NCBI GenBank assembly: GCA_040954595.2
Contig: CM082591.2
Coordinates: 7,244,047 to 7,308,046, forward strand
DNA from: Balanoglossus misakiensis
Taxonomy: Eukaryota > Animalia > Hemichordata
Direction: 5' to 3'
Length of the DNA stretch: 64,000 bases
Part shown: positions 37,701 through 52,309 of the stretch, piece after piece
How positions within the stretch are numbered: the stretch's first letter is position 1
Layout: every line of letters begins with the position of its first letter
Position numbers and translations under genes: made by a program
The notes under the pieces: generated by a model
The model's input: the letters and a program-made list of their open reading frames with translations, nothing else
Databases searched by the model: none
Told to the model about the DNA's origin: nothing

Positions 37701-40606
37701 TTTCTTCAAGAATATACCACAGGTTTAGCATGTAATTGCGCATCAAACATAAATTGTAATCTAAATTTTATCTTTAAAACTCTTAATACGATGTCTGCTT
37801 CTCTTGAATATTAAATTGTTTATAAAAATATAGCTAAAATTGCTACATTCTAGAAGACTTAATGAATAAAGTTGAAATGGCTGACATGCAATAGTCTTGC
37901 TGAACTCTCTAATTGGTGACAATTGTCAAAAAATATGTTCTTTAAAGGGTGACGATCGTCTTATGTGCATGTGTCAAACAAGTGACAGTGGCAATTTAGT
38001 TTGTGTAAATCACTCATCAATATCCATGGCAACCTGTCAGAATAAGATGCAATATGAAATGTGACCATATTTTGAAATACATGTAACCAATGAACTCTGA
38101 CATGAGACCATGACCACTTTTTACCTCAGAGTTAGGACCACTGTTCATCAAATACCAAGAATGGCTGATAGTCTGAACCCACACAGAGAATAAGCAAATC
38201 TACTTTAGCATGAAAGCAGCCAAATGCAAGAAAAAATTTATCCTACGATCACATCTTTAAATGTTTACGAACAATTTAGAAAGAAAACATGATACAATAA
38301 TTTGACAAACATTTTTAGCTAGTTTTGTACTCATATTTAATATGCAGGACTCTATTTTAGAAAAATATTGCATCAATACATGCTACCACTACTAATCGAC
38401 ATAGAAATGCAGCATTTATTTTTGTCTATTACACAATATAAGCATCATTATTGGCACGGTTACCCATCTTTCCATGATATTTTGCAAGAGCATCAGTGAT
38501 GCTGAAAATAGCCAGAAGTTAATGAAACACCCAGCTGTCAAGTAAAAAAGCTTGCCATTATTGAAATTCTTCAATATCAATCACATGATCTGGCCATGTG
38601 ACCCACAGCATTGTCATTTCCAGGTGACGGGCAAGCAATATTTCAGCATCCAGTAACAGTTTTTCCGGGTATGTTTGTACATGTACTTAAAAACCGCCAG
38701 ACATGTAACATATATCAGGTATGGTGCCTCATCAGCCTTATGGCATTTCATCTGCACAGTCGTCATCAGCACCACATCGCTGAAGTTGCCCCGTCATCTG
38801 GAAATTTTAATGCCAACAGAACTTCTCCTGAATGTGTCTGACGTCATTTGACATCGAAGAATAATCAAATATCAGATTGGTGGATCAATGCAAATGATGC
38901 TTTTTTTATCAGCTTTAACCCTTTCACCCCTATGCCCAGTAGAAAGGTCCAGAACTGGTACAGAGAACAATGGAGTTGGACCAAACCATAGTGAAAACGG
39001 CAGTATTTGTGTGTGTGCAAAATCAAAATGACCAATGAGATGACGAGAGATGACTACTCGGTGACTTCCGATTTTCCCATGAAGTCATGATGTGCATTGA
39101 GGACAATTTTCCATTCATCTTGTTCAGATTAATAGAATCTCACACTCCCTAGGTCCTGGGATCCTATTTCTCACACGAGTTGGGGATTTTCTGTCCCACA
39201 TGACCCGCAGGCGAGTGTGAGAAATATGATCCTAGGTCCTTGGTGTGTGAGATTCTATTTCTCACACCGTCACAAATTAGCCAAATTTGTATTAAAACAT
39301 TGAATAATTGACTGTGGAAGTGACGTCTGGCACGTTGTAGTTTTTGTCTGTGTAATACACATCGCGCCATTGGATAACATTTGCGCGTGTTAATTGAAGA
39401 ATGTCTTGTCGTCCAATCAGCGCTCACGTAATATACAGCGTTCGATTCAGTGAGAGTGTGGGATCGATTTGTTCTCACACTCTGATCCCACACTCTCAGC
39501 GTGCCAGGAGTGTGAGAACAGAATATCCGTGTATCAGGCATTTTTGATAGTGTATTCACGATGCTATCCATCTTCTATAGATCTTGGACACAGCAATTAC
39601 ACACCATGTACTTTTTGTGATCTCATGACACAATGTTCTAAAGAGTTGGCCGACTGACTTTCGTTAGTCCAATACTTTCCAGAACCTCTCTCACTTCATC
39701 ATAAGCCTCTGGTTGTTCAATGGTTGGTGGAATCTAAAATTGAATCAAATATTTCACTCATTAGACTGTCAGATTTCTTTCAAGCTCAAGTACCTTGATC
39801 CAACAAGCTCTTTTCTGCAGGCTTTGTTAGGAAGCTAAATAAAATGGAAGGGTGCCATCAGTAAGTTTATTCGAATGAGCCATTCTGAGTTTGAAAGTAA
39901 AAACATAAAAATAATTCAAACATTGGCAGCTATTGGGGATTGAATGCATTATGCAACAAATAGAATATGAAACACTACAAACTCTCAGACATATAAGAAA
40001 CCTTTTTATATTCGTGAGTGATGACAAGCCCTGCAGAGATACATGTAGTTGGACTCAAACCGACTTGAAGATATTAGACGCACACTACCATCAATCACAT
40101 TAACCCTTTCACCACCATAGTTCAGTCCAAACCCATTGCTTTCTATGGTACCATTGGACCTCTAAAGAGGGAACTGGGGGTGAAAGAGTTAAGCCCTGTG
40201 ATCTCAGAGCCTTGGTGACCTATAACCCTAACAGTGCCAAGTCAGTAGCAAACGGTGTCATTTTCATACACTTTCATTCCTTTTGGGTTCCAGGCATACC
40301 ATGACTATGGAGAATCTGAACATGTATCATCTGTGTATTGTGAAATATTTTGACAGCCAACTCAAAACTCAGTCGCTTCTGCTGGTAATTTTATCTGGCC
40401 AAGCGGGTCATAAGCGTTGGATACAGATAAATCAAGCCATTCAACTCAGTCAAAATACACACGTGGCAAAGAAACAAAAGATATCCAACTCGGTCAAAGT
40501 ACGTCCAATGGCCCATAGTGACCATACATATATTATCACGTTCCATACCTGGTAGGGTTAGAATAAAGTCCCTTTTTTCCTGAGCACAGTTCAAATGCTA
40601 CCTCAT

Positions 40607-40782
40607 CTTAAAAGATTGTCCATTGGCCATCGACATCAGTGTTGACCTTGAGATCTTTCCAGATTTAGTTTTCGGCAATTTTGTCACAATGACCGCTTTC
40701 TTGAATGCAGCAACGGGTCCTATTGATTCCCTGACAATCTGCACAACTTCATTCATTATGTTGTGGTGAGACTTGTTGACAT
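40607..40782 (-). pseudogene. Isolated exon of an acyl-CoA synthetase short-chain family (ACSS3/PrpE-like) gene, C-terminal region
   Basis: VRESIGPVAAFKKAVIVTKLPKTKSGKI.R is the C-terminal LPKTRSGK signature of acetyl/propionyl-CoA synthetases; CAG acceptor intact, donor GT mutated to AT. Confidence 0.75.
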
Positions 40783-41902
40783 CTGTCAAGAAAGTGAAAC
40801 ATGCAAGGTTTCAAAGTAGAATTTCACTTTTTCACTAATGAACTCTGACCTGGAACGGAGACCTTTGGCCCAACTACTTTTGTGTACAATCAGTACATGC
40901 ACCACCGACATTATCTGTTTTGACTATTTTTTCCAGTATTTTTTTCCGAGTATCAACCATGGTTTCTTGTTCAGCTCTCCAAAGCACAGGGCGCTCGATC
41001 TCAAAAAATAAAAAAATAAATAAAAATAAATTTGTTGTTGTTGTTGTTGTTGCAAATAATAATGATTCGATATTAAAAAGAAATAAAAAAATAGCGTCAA
41101 GGACACTTGATGCTCTCTCAGTGTGTAGTGGATGATGAGCAGCATGTTTGGAGAACAGTGGTTTGGTATATGGGTGAAAGGAACAATTTGAAAACACCAA
41201 GGTGAAATGCTGAACTGTTTTGCTCATGTAATATTGAATGAAGCTTGATAAGGTGGGTGCTTGGCAGGGTGAAAAACCACTTGTCAAGGGCTTTGATAAC
41301 TGTTTTAAATTTAGTCTTAAAAATGGCCCGCACACACAAATGGCCTCACACAAATATATTCTGTCATTTCCCCCACTTATTTTGTATCTTATGTTATACT
41401 GATGGAATTCATTGTGTATTGTCAAATCAAATTGCACCAGTGCAAGCTATGAGAAATGGGTTTTGAAAAAGAAAACAGTGCAAGTAGAAGTACTAGTCTA
41501 AAAGTGAAAGAAATACATTTTGAAAAAAAAAAATATCAGACAGCATTCAAGATCAGCTGAAGTGGTTTGATAAAAAGTTCTCCCTTTTCAAGTATATACT
41601 GTCATGTACTGACTATAGTAGTGTAGGTGTTAGCAAAAAAATACATGAATTATTCAAACAGAAAGTTCAATCATTTAGTTTCCCAGTTGATGGGAGCATA
41701 GCAGTTGTGAACATAGTATATGAAATAATTTAAAATAGTCACTGCTCTCTGGTCCATCATTTTCGGGAGAAGTAACCTTATTTCACATCAATAGTTTCCC
41801 ACCCGTCATTTCAAGCTAATTTCATGTAGAACAAAACTCCTATACAACATAATGACATTTCTATAGAACCCTTTTTTGCTGGTTGGGCCCACAGACTAAC
41901 AC

Positions 41903-41903
<1 letters not shown>

Positions 41904-41943
<40 letters not shown>

Positions 41944-44900
41944 TTATTTCTGCATAATGTAGGCCTCCGGCCCCTTATATGAATACAGAATCTTGAAGTC
42001 GTTCAAGTGACACCGTCCTAAGACTGAATTATAATAACATGTCATGAGGAAAGAAGAACAAACAAACAAACAAACAACCAATTCTAACGCTCACTCTGCT
42101 TCTTTAACTCTGAACGCATGAAAGATAAATAAAGCTAAATTCTTGATTTGATTTACATCTTTGTCTCCATTAAAGTTTTTAAAGAGTATAGGGAAGGTGA
42201 CCTGTAAAATTCACATGGCAGGTACTTTTTCCTCAAAAAATCCCAGAAAGGGCATACTAACAGAAAATGATATTCATCTTCTATATCTTTCTGACAAAAT
42301 TTACAGATCCTCAACACCTTGTCTATTTGTCTGTGACGCCCAGTTGCAATATCTAGTCGATGGCTTCCACATCTAAATCTTGCCAAGGCTCGGCGATACT
42401 TGAAAAAATCAATACATGAAATATACAGTTCGAGTGTTAAATCTGTTTTGAAATTCCTGTAATAGTTTGTTTTCTCATTTGTACTTACATCCGACCACCA
42501 TTCCTGCCTTTTTACATCATTTACTCTTGTTATAAATTCTGACAGAAAAATATCTGTGTCACCTACACCTTGATTTAGCCACACGTGCCCTAGGCCATAA
42601 CAAAACAACACATTTTTCACATCGGTAGCCCAGGTATGTTTTCCTTGTTTGTCTTTTTCAAGTAACATTTTGTATGCTTTATGTGGAAGTCGTGACTCTG
42701 ACATTTCTAGTATATGGATCCAGTACTTAACACATCTTTTTACATAATAACAGAATAAAGGTAATCTACAGCAATCTCCCAGAACTGTACATCTTGGTGT
42801 GCTATTTGACACACCTAAAAATCGCCGGCAATATAATGAGTGAACTCTTTCCAAATGTTCATATGGTTGTAAACCCCATACTTCTGACCCGTAACTAAGT
42901 ACGGGTAAAACAAAAACATCAAAAATTTTAAAATACATTTCTGGAGGTAAGTATTTCATGTTCTTAATATATTTTCCAAGTGTAAACATTTTTTTCCTGG
43001 CTTTTACAGCCATATTTTTCGTAGTTACCGCTAATGAAATTTTGGTAGAAATAACTAGACCAAGATATTCGTAGGCGCTTTCAACTTTTAGCTCTTGTCC
43101 ACCGAAACACCAACGCTCGCCTTTCCTGTATACAACCACTTTTGTTTTTGATAAATAAACCTTCATTTTCCATTTCACAGTAAAATCATACAGGATTTAA
43201 GTCTTTTTAAGCCAACAACTGAGTTTGAAAACAAAACAATATCGTCAGCATATAATAAAAGAAATAACTGGAGAGCATCATTTGGAAGTAACTGAATTCC
43301 GCTTAATCCAGAATTCTCCAACACGTTTACAAGCTCATTTATATAAAAGCTAAATAAAATCGGACTTAACAAACAGCCTTGACGAACGCCCTTCTGCAAA
43401 TCAAACAGATCTGAAGTAACATCAGCAACCCTCACACTGGCTTTCACATCGGCATACATAGCTTTCAGCATTTCATACATTTTCCCGTCAATGCCATCCA
43501 AGGCAAGTCTATACATAAGGCGGGTTCTGTCAACAGAGTCGAACGCTTTCTCAAAATCAATATAAAGGCAGTACAATTTCTTTCCTCTATAAAGGCAGTA
43601 AAATTTCTTTCCTCTTCCCAGTAGCAATTCTGGATTATTGCGTATAATGAAAAAAAAGTGGTCCACCGTTGAGTAGCCTTTACGAAACCCCGCTTGGCAT
43701 TCTGGGATAGACTCGCTCAGATTTGCCCACTCTTTTATGCGTTCGTTAAGAATACTCGTGAAAATTTTACTAAAAACACTCAGCAGTGTAATAGCTCTAT
43801 ATCAGGTTTGCTAGGATCATTTTTCTTGAAAATAGGCCCAATTGTACCAATTGCCCAACTCCTTGGGAACACACCCTGATCAAAAATAACATTGTACAAT
43901 TTATTTAGGAAGGGTAACAGAATATCTGTTGAATTCTTAAAGAATTATGCTACTAACATATCAGGCCCTGCTGATTTGAATGTTCTTAAGCTTACTGATG
44001 GCCTTCAGAATCTCATCATCAGTAATCCTACCATTCAAAATATTCGAGAACATTAAATTACCATTTATCGACTCATGTACCCTAAATGGATCAAACTCAT
44101 TTAGGAACTTATCCAGTTTGCTTATAAAAACTGAATTTAAGGTTGTATCCTCTACTGACACTTCAAAAAGCGTCGAAAAATATGTCAGCCATTCGTCCAG
44201 TGATATTAAACCGTGCTGCCGATGACCACGTTTCCTTAGTTTAATTACACTCCAAATACTCTTTTCATCTGTCATATTTTTCTTCTTATTAAAACCTGTT
44301 CTTTCTCGTCATATTCTCGCTTTTTACAGCGTGTCAAGTTTTTATAACAACTTTTTTCCTTCTTATAATTATCAAAATCCTTTTTTAAACCTGAGTTACG
44401 AAATCTCTGTAAACTTTTCCGCATGTTTGTTTTTGACTTCGAACACTCAGAATCAAACCAATCCATTCTGCAGTGGTAATCTCTGTGATTTCGTCTAACC
44501 AAAGAAAACATATCTTTCGCAGCACTTTTCAGAACATGCGTCACCCCCTCAACATCATCGTTAACGCCCAGGTCATTTACAAACCGCAAGTTATGCAAAA
44601 AAATCTCTATTTTCGCCAGAGCTGGGGTTTTCTTTGAATTCTTGTAACAACTATACTCTTTTCGCCAACGTACAGTTTTGACTAGAGTACTACTCAGTTA
44701 GTCTAGAATCTATCCGTTCGTAGTCGCATTCACCCTACTACCATTCAATTAAATTACCATTTTTATGGCCTTACTAGATTTTGGTTAGGCGTTCCTAGAC
44801 GGTAGTAGGGTGAATGCGACTACGAACGGATAGATTCTAGACTATAAGGGTGTGTACTGTACACTTATATTGAATATTTACTTTGAAGGTGCAACATACA

Positions 44901-45104
44901 GGTAAATGGTCCGATTCATCTCGTATCGGTACCGAAAACGACATTACACTGGAGAATAAATCTCGTGATACAAGTACATAGTCTACAACACTTCGCCCTT
45001 CATTTGAAATACAAGTAAATTCCCCTTTACCAGAATCTTCCTTTCTGCCATTTAACATATACGACATGTCTTTGCACAGTGTAATTAATGATAACCCAAA
45101 GTTA
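41904..45104 (-). mobile_element. Duplicated copy of the same non-LTR retrotransposon with independent frameshifts, a 27-nt tandem duplication (~43563-43616) and a MITE insertion
   Basis: ORFs 42153-43178, 43175-43666, 44837-45067 are near-identical to those of 13998-16819; longer (TTA)n tail. Confidence 0.9.
44699..44844. mobile_element. 146-bp MITE with perfect 44-bp TIRs (TAGTCT...AGACTA) inside LINE copy 2
   Basis: tagtctagaatctatccgttcgtagtcgcattcaccctactacc and its exact reverse complement; absent from the paralogous site at ~16600. Confidence 0.85.
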
Positions 45105-45138
45105 TAGTAATCATTCTGTCTGGTTTAGATGTGAAAAA

Positions 45139-46950
45139 CAATGTTCTGAGTTAGCCACCTTGCCCTGATGATATTGTCATGAACCAACTACCATGACAAG
45201 TCAAGGGTCAAACTACCAAGGTCATAGGTCATTTTAACTGCATGAGGTGGTCAGGTCAACACCCAGGACAGGGCAATGAGTTTGAAGGGAGATGTAAAAC
45301 GGTATTTGTGATTGGTTAAGAAAATGAAAATGAATAGACAGAAATATTTATGTAACACATATTATGCATGACAGTCTGAAGAACAAAAACAGAATTTATA
45401 GATTAAATAAGGCTAAAGCCCATAAACCCACCACCTACATTTAATACCTGCAACTCCATCAAAGCTTCCATTTTCCTAGTAGACAACTGCTCTTTGGCCA
45501 TAGTATACCGCTGTCCGTAACTGGGCAATAATACTATCTTTGACCTTGCCATATGCCGAAGAAGTTGCACTTCTCATATCACGCTGCAAGACTGGTTTGC
45601 TGGCAGCAAATCTAACAGTGGAGGAATGAAAAAAGATGAGTGATTATCAATTTCATTTTTATAAAATGGCCACGGGGGTGTGAATCTTTGCAACTTCTGG
45701 AGCATGGGTCTAAATATTACTACACGCATCACGAGTGTCTGGATGATTTCTATGATTCGATCAAGACCGTCATTGAGAAGGAGATTTTATCTAACATTCA
45801 AAACTGTCCATTCAAAGTGTATGCAGTACAGTTAGATGAGGCATGTCATCTTTACCACTTTGATGATTTATGTTAGATTTGTAAATGTGGATGGCGAAGT
45901 GGAATCACATTTTCTAAGTGTGAATAAATTAGAGGGTTGTACTGCTTTAGATATTTATGACGTCATTTCTAGTCTTTTGGTTGATAAATAACTCAATCCT
46001 GCCAATTTAATATGTCTTGCCGCAGACGGAGCAAGTGTCATGAGGTGAGTAAAAACAGGTGTTACAACCAGATTTAGAGAACACAACCCCTTTCTTGTTG
46101 CAAATCATCGGTTGGCACATAGACTAGCACTTGCAAGTGAGAAAGCAGCAAATCAGGTGCCATACCTGATTAAATACATACATGACCTGAATGAGATGGG
46201 TAAATTGTTAAAAGTTTTTCGCCTAAATTACTCAGAACGCTTGAAATGAGCAAAGCTGCTCATTGTGAATCGGCAGCCAAAAAAATCAAACAAGTGTTTT
46301 TCACTCGATGGCTTTCATTCAGTGGTTGTGTAGATGCTCTTGTTGGTTGCTTAGACAGTGTAATTTCATGGTTAGTACAAATTGCACAGGATTCGAACCA
46401 CAAAGATTTAGCAGTGAGGCTGAGGGATGTTAAAACGAGTTGCAACATATACCAGTTTATTGCCATGACATACTTTGCAGCTGATGCCATTGGGTTGTTA
46501 GCAAGATTGTGTAAGGCTATGCAAAGAGTCGGCATTTCATGTGTGGATTAACATGAAGGACAGATCTGCTTTCTCTAATATGATGACTAGAGTAGAAAGG
46601 CACAATGCTTCCTTGCAGAATGATGATTGTGATGTAGACAGCATCCTTGAATCTGTTGAAAATGTTGCTTCCCATGTAGAAAAAATCACCTCTTTGTTAA
46701 ATGAAAAGGACATTGATGCATAATTGTGGAGTGGAATACTGTATGAATGTTGGATATAAAACTCTGCAAACACGAGAGAAATGTGTTGACTGTTTAATTT
46801 AATGTACATGCACAACAAGATGAAAATTCACGCGACTAACAATATTTTTGTAAAAAAAAGTGTGGCTAATGAAATCTTCTTGTGGCTAATCAAAAAATGA
46901 AACTATTAGCTACAGTGGCTAATAAATTTCAAAACCCAGCGCTAACAAAG
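45139..46950 (+). mobile_element. Duplicated copy of the decayed hAT transposon
   Basis: ORFs 45640-45876 and 46246-46551 are near-identical to those in 17436-18344. Confidence 0.85.
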
Positions 46951-49373
46951 TTATCCCCCCCCCCCCACTCACATGACAGACTTCAATCCTTTCATGGCAA
47001 AGTACAATTAATCAAAACCTTTATTGTTTTACATTTATGAAAGAGACCAGCCACCTATGATTTGCTGGAATATGTGAATATTTCAGGTACTACTTGATTC
47101 ATTGCAAAAAAATAAACCATTAATACTCTACTTGTTGGTATTATTCATACCTGTTGTTGTCAATTTGGAATCTTGTCAGAGATAGGGTCACCGCACTTGT
47201 TATGAAAATACAGAACCATGAATTTAGTCAATGATAGAAGAAAACTGCTGACTCAGCATTTTCCACCAATGGTTTGTCTATAGGTAAAACTTTTAACAAA
47301 TTTATCGCAAAATAGAGCGCAGTGACCACACAATTTTATTTGACCAATGAATTTATTTTTACATGACTGAGCTATGTGTAAAATTTTGTGAAAATAGTAG
47401 TAGTTTGTTTTCTAGCAATTATCAATGTAATCCTACGGAAAAAAGACACACATGCACTCTTTATCAGTTATGTTCTGCGCGTACATCCTTAACAGATGCA
47501 ACTGGCTTTATCTGCAATCGACCTTATCTGACCTTTACCTCATATATCCAACTGTCCTGTTGACAAACATTAAATGGAAATCCAACAGAAAGAAATATAT
47601 TTGAATTGAATAAAAGATGACAAAGTTCCAGTCACCAAAGAATATTTAAAACATTTGATGAATATTTAGTTAGTTGCAGTGAAACATTTTCTAAGTTAAT
47701 AACTGAACTTCAATAGCTGACATGTTCTAAATGGACGATGTCAGTTGAACTTTGACAGAGTCCAGACTAGATGTACAACACAGATATTTACTCAGATCAC
47801 ATGACAATCGTGCTTGGTATCTCGAGGTACAAAAAAATCTGACTCAGTGACTTTTCTGCCATTTTTTCCCGGTGAGCATGTCACCTGCAGAGCTCTTGAT
47901 ACAGTTGTGTGCCTCAGGACAGAATTTCTACCTTGTGAAGGAATCAACTTATCTGTTACAACACTAAGAGGTATGTTGCATTGAACTTGGTGATTTTCTG
48001 TTGTTTTTCTTTCAGTCCTCAAACTCAAGCCACAACTTTTTAATTTTCATGTAACAGAAACACACCTTTAAAAAGAATTATATTGGAATTAACGCAACAA
48101 TTCGGCGTCCAAACTTTTCTTGGCTTAAAAGATGCCCAGAATATTGTGAATATTGTGAATACCAATATACATGTATTTACATGCGACTAATATCACTTAT
48201 TTCAGATGTACCTGGATTGAAGCTCTAACTAGGGAAGGAATCAACCACTCCGCAACAACCGTTTTGAGGGGTATGTTGTACTGGAGCTAATGATTTATTA
48301 TCTTGTTTTTTAACTGAATACACTGAATACATATAGCCCTGGTAGGTGACATGTTGTAAATGGGTGGTGGCAAAGAGATTCCAAACTCTGATATCACATC
48401 TACAACACAGGTATGTGACAAGTACTGAGCAGCTCTGTGGTACTTGGAACCAGACTCAGAGATTTTTTTTCTGTTTATGACAATACTGTAGCTTTGGCAG
48501 CGAACCATGCATTGAAGTTCTACCTTGTGAAGGAATCAACCACTCTGTTACAAAATTAAGGTGGCATTGCATGAAACCGTCGAGACTTTTTCAGAGGCCT
48601 ATTTCTCATCAAAGACAACATTAAAACCCCCATAAACCATATATATTCTGGAAGCTGAGTTTTTGAACTTTTGTTTGAGTTGCAATAGAAATGGAGGCGT
48701 TTTTGGGATAAAAAAACATTTTTTGATATTATATCATTCAATTTAATTTAGGTAAAATGTTGACCATGCATCATGCATCTTAATATGTCATTTGAAACTA
48801 GAGTACACGTGCAAAAAAACTGTAATTTTGTTTTGCGTTATCTGCTTCCATTGAGGAGTAACAGCGTTGGAAAGTTAGATTTTTAGAAAATTTGATCAAA
48901 TTCACAGTGAGTTGTATTGAATCAGAGTTTATTCCCACCAGGGACACTCTATCGACTAAAAAAATCTGTTTTGTTGGATGGGTCATACACAATCCCCTGT
49001 TAAAATTTGAGCAAATTCGGCCAACGCAGAGCGAAGCTAAATTCTTCTGAAGTTGTCAAGAGCAGCGGAAATGCAAACTGAGAAAAACAGCCATCTGCAT
49101 TTGTTAAGCTGTGGACTCATTCAGAAAAGTGCTATTTTTGGGTGATTATGCACCATATCTGCCAAGACGTATTAATCAAGATGTGGATCAGTATAGTCCG
49201 GCAGCCAGAGGGGTAAACCTTGCTTTGTCGTCTATAGTTTTTTTCTCAGTGGAATTCATTTGTCAAGACCCCCCCCCCCCCAAAAAAAAATAGTTACTGG
49301 TGCTCTGTCAGCATTGAGCAATTTGAATAAATTAGCATAATCAAAATGGCCGCCAACGTATTGCATTGTGGCT

Positions 49374-49829
49374 TAGTCTCGGTTACCCAGACGCCTTTGC
49401 TCTTCCGATGCTCTCCAGAAAAGGGTCTGGGGAAATGCTATTGAAAGCTTTGTAAAACAAAATGGCCGATGTCAGGATTTTGATCATCGCCTGATTGGCT
49501 GAGCTGTCTGTATGACCCGGGTCACTGCAATAGTTTTGACAATCGTCTACCAAAGATATTTCATATAATTTCTCCAACAATGCTAACAGAGAACGCCTTT
49601 TGCCTTTCGCATCAACCAACAAGTACCGGTCTCTTGATATGAAGATACGACAAATAATCACACATTGTCGAGAGTCAGTGACCCGGGTCATACTGACAGC
49701 TCAGCCAATCAGGCGATGATCAAAATCCTGACATCGGCCATTTTGTTTTACAAAGCTTTCAATAGCATTTCCCCAGACCCTTTTCTGGAGAGCATCGGAA
49801 GAGCAAAGGCGTCTGGGTAACCGAGACTA
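49374..49829. mobile_element. 456-bp MITE with 154-bp TIRs (TAGTCT...AGACTA) and 9-bp TSD; Academ-like
   Basis: TIRs 49374-49527 and 49676-49829 with one mismatch seen; TSD ATTGTGGCT at 49365-49373 and 49830-49838. Confidence 0.9.
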
Positions 49830-51085
49830 ATTGTGGCTGAGAAAGAAAAGTCAAACGAATGTTATACACCTTGTAGCTTTGTTTTTATCGTTTATTTCAC
49901 CAAGCTGTTGCTTAAGACAAACTAGAAAATAAAAGTTGCCATTTATCATTAGCTAATTTGCATAATTTCAGGATGGCAGCCATCTGTAAACCTCTCTTTT
50001 TGCTGAATAACTTTTACATTTGTATTTTGTAACGTGCAATCATTTTAAAACGTTTCATATCGCTGTTTTATAATTCTGGCCACCTTAAATAGTTTTTCAC
50101 TTTGTGCTAGAGGGTAAAATTACATAATAATTGCATTCTGGGTAAAAAGTAGACAATTCACTAGAGTAATAGATGGAAGAAATTATATGTTAACTGTATT
50201 TCATGACTTCCTTTTGTCAAACATTTCTGCTTTGCAGTTGACATATTAAAGGCAATCAACTTTTTTTTACATGTTTTTTATTTTTTTCTGTTAGTTACAA
50301 AGTATCAGAAAGACCGAATATCACTTTAGCTAATATGAACTCCCATTTCTTAAACATGGTAAAAATCGGCCATCTTGGAATTGTGTCGACCAGATGAGAC
50401 TTTTATTACTCACCTGGATAGCAAAAATCTATTTAAAGTCGGGAGAATTGCAAGTACATAAATCTTCTTTTCCTGCCGCAAAATTAATGTTGATTATCAC
50501 ACATTATTATGAGCAGCCAGGTAATCCTTCGACCTTTCTCAAAGGCAACACAATGCCGTCATATCCCGTCCAATAATCATTAGCATACGAGGTAAAATTA
50601 CCAGATCCAAGAAATATTAGATAATGGCAGTTGATATTTTATCGCCTTGAACTACTTGAAGTGGCAGTACCAGGTGTGCGGAATTGGACAACGTATCATG
50701 CATGAATGTTACCCCAATCAAGATTGACCACAAGGAATAAACTCAAGTGTAATTTGCCAAAATGCTGAATTATTGATGTGAGTCAAATCCAGAAATACTA
50801 TCACTTGTCATTTGACATTCTCCAAGCAGAGACTAACCTTGCTAGGGAGTCCGACCAATAGCCGCTATTTAGTCTCTGCCACAGGCGACATTTTACACCC
50901 ACTTTTTGGGTGTTGCGCGTTTTCTATAATATACATTTCCTGTCTTTTTTAAGTTTAATATTTTGTACCCAAAAAAATAAGAGAACTAAAAATGAACCAG
51001 TTTCAAAGTCGATCCTCGAATCCGTGAACACTTGCAAAACATAGATCCTGCCCTAGGTTACATAAATGTGAATTGACGATTCAAG

Positions 51086-51724
51086 ATGGCTGCCCCCATT
51101 GCTATAGGTTTTTCAGATGCAATCGCGAAAGTTATTGCAGCTTATGACTCTAAATTGACATTAAAACCAAAGCAACTACAGTGTCTGAAGTGTATATACG
51201 AAGATGGTGGCGACTATATTGTAAATTTGCCCACGGGTTATGGGAAAAGCATCATATTCCATCTATTACCAGCATTGATGAAGATAAAACATAATAACAA
51301 GAAAAACAGTGTCATATCATACTCAGTCCCCTGACAATAATTCAGCAAGACCAACTGAAGAAGCTGAGGGGCAAAGGTATTTCTAGTGTTCGATTGGGTA
51401 CGCCTTATTTTCTGCACATCAGCAGTTGGGATGGAATTTGACTCCCCATCCATTACTAGGGTCATACATGCCAAACCCCCACGTTCTATTTCTGATTACT
51501 TTCAAGAAATTGGTCGAGCTGGTAGGAGGGGGCAGAAATCAGAATGTCTTTTGTACTATAATGGGCGTGATATCGCTAGAAATTTGCCTGGGATCAAGGA
51601 CGATATTATAGCGTATTGTGAAAATATTGATAGTATCTGTTTACGCAAATTAATTCTTAGTAACTTTGGCTTTGAATGTACTGGCAATATAAAGGAAAGT
51701 GAATGCTGCTCAGAATGTGCTTAG
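51086..51724 (+). pseudogene. RecQ-like helicase remnant (motifs I/Ia joined to V/VI; DExH core deleted)
   Basis: LKPKQ...NLPTGYGKS...SPL..I.QDQ then IFCTSAVGM...QEIGRAGRRG; frameshifted and lacking motif II. Confidence 0.75.
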
Positions 51725-52309
51725 TAGTAGTGTGATTGTCATCAATGCATTGATAGTTAGAAGAATGTCATTGACAGATATTGTCTTCAATCACAGTCTC
51801 TCCACACTTGGTCGGGAAATGTTCAGGCCCCTATTGTTATAATGCGCCTTATGGCTTGGAAAATTGTTTATGAATTGTTTAATCTGTGAATTTAATTAAT
51901 ACACTGTTCAATTCCATGGTGTTTAATCTTCATCAAGGCTGGTAATAGATGAAATGTAATTTGTATTTTTCATAACAGATGAAAAATGATAAATCACAAT
52001 TCATGTCTGATTATAGGGGCCCCTATTGTTATGATGCGCCTTATGGCTTGGTCAATTGTTTATAAATTGTCTATTCGGTGAATTTAAACTTTACCATTAC
52101 CAGCCAGATTTTACTCGCACCTTTGTCCTTACAATATCTCACTGTAAACCTCTTAGACAAATTTATGTTATTTTGAAGGGGTTAAAATATGTAACAATGA
52201 AAATATCCCTGTATACTAGTACATGTACTACTTCTGTACGTATGTAATGAGTGAAAGCTTGGGATAAAACAAAGTACAAAGTTAAATCAACTTACATGCT
52301 TACATTTTA

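Noticed and set aside
51086-51724. Functional host RecQ/BLM/WRN gene
   Set aside because: Intronless, frameshifted, missing the DExH core and enclosed by TIRs, so a transposon cargo remnant.
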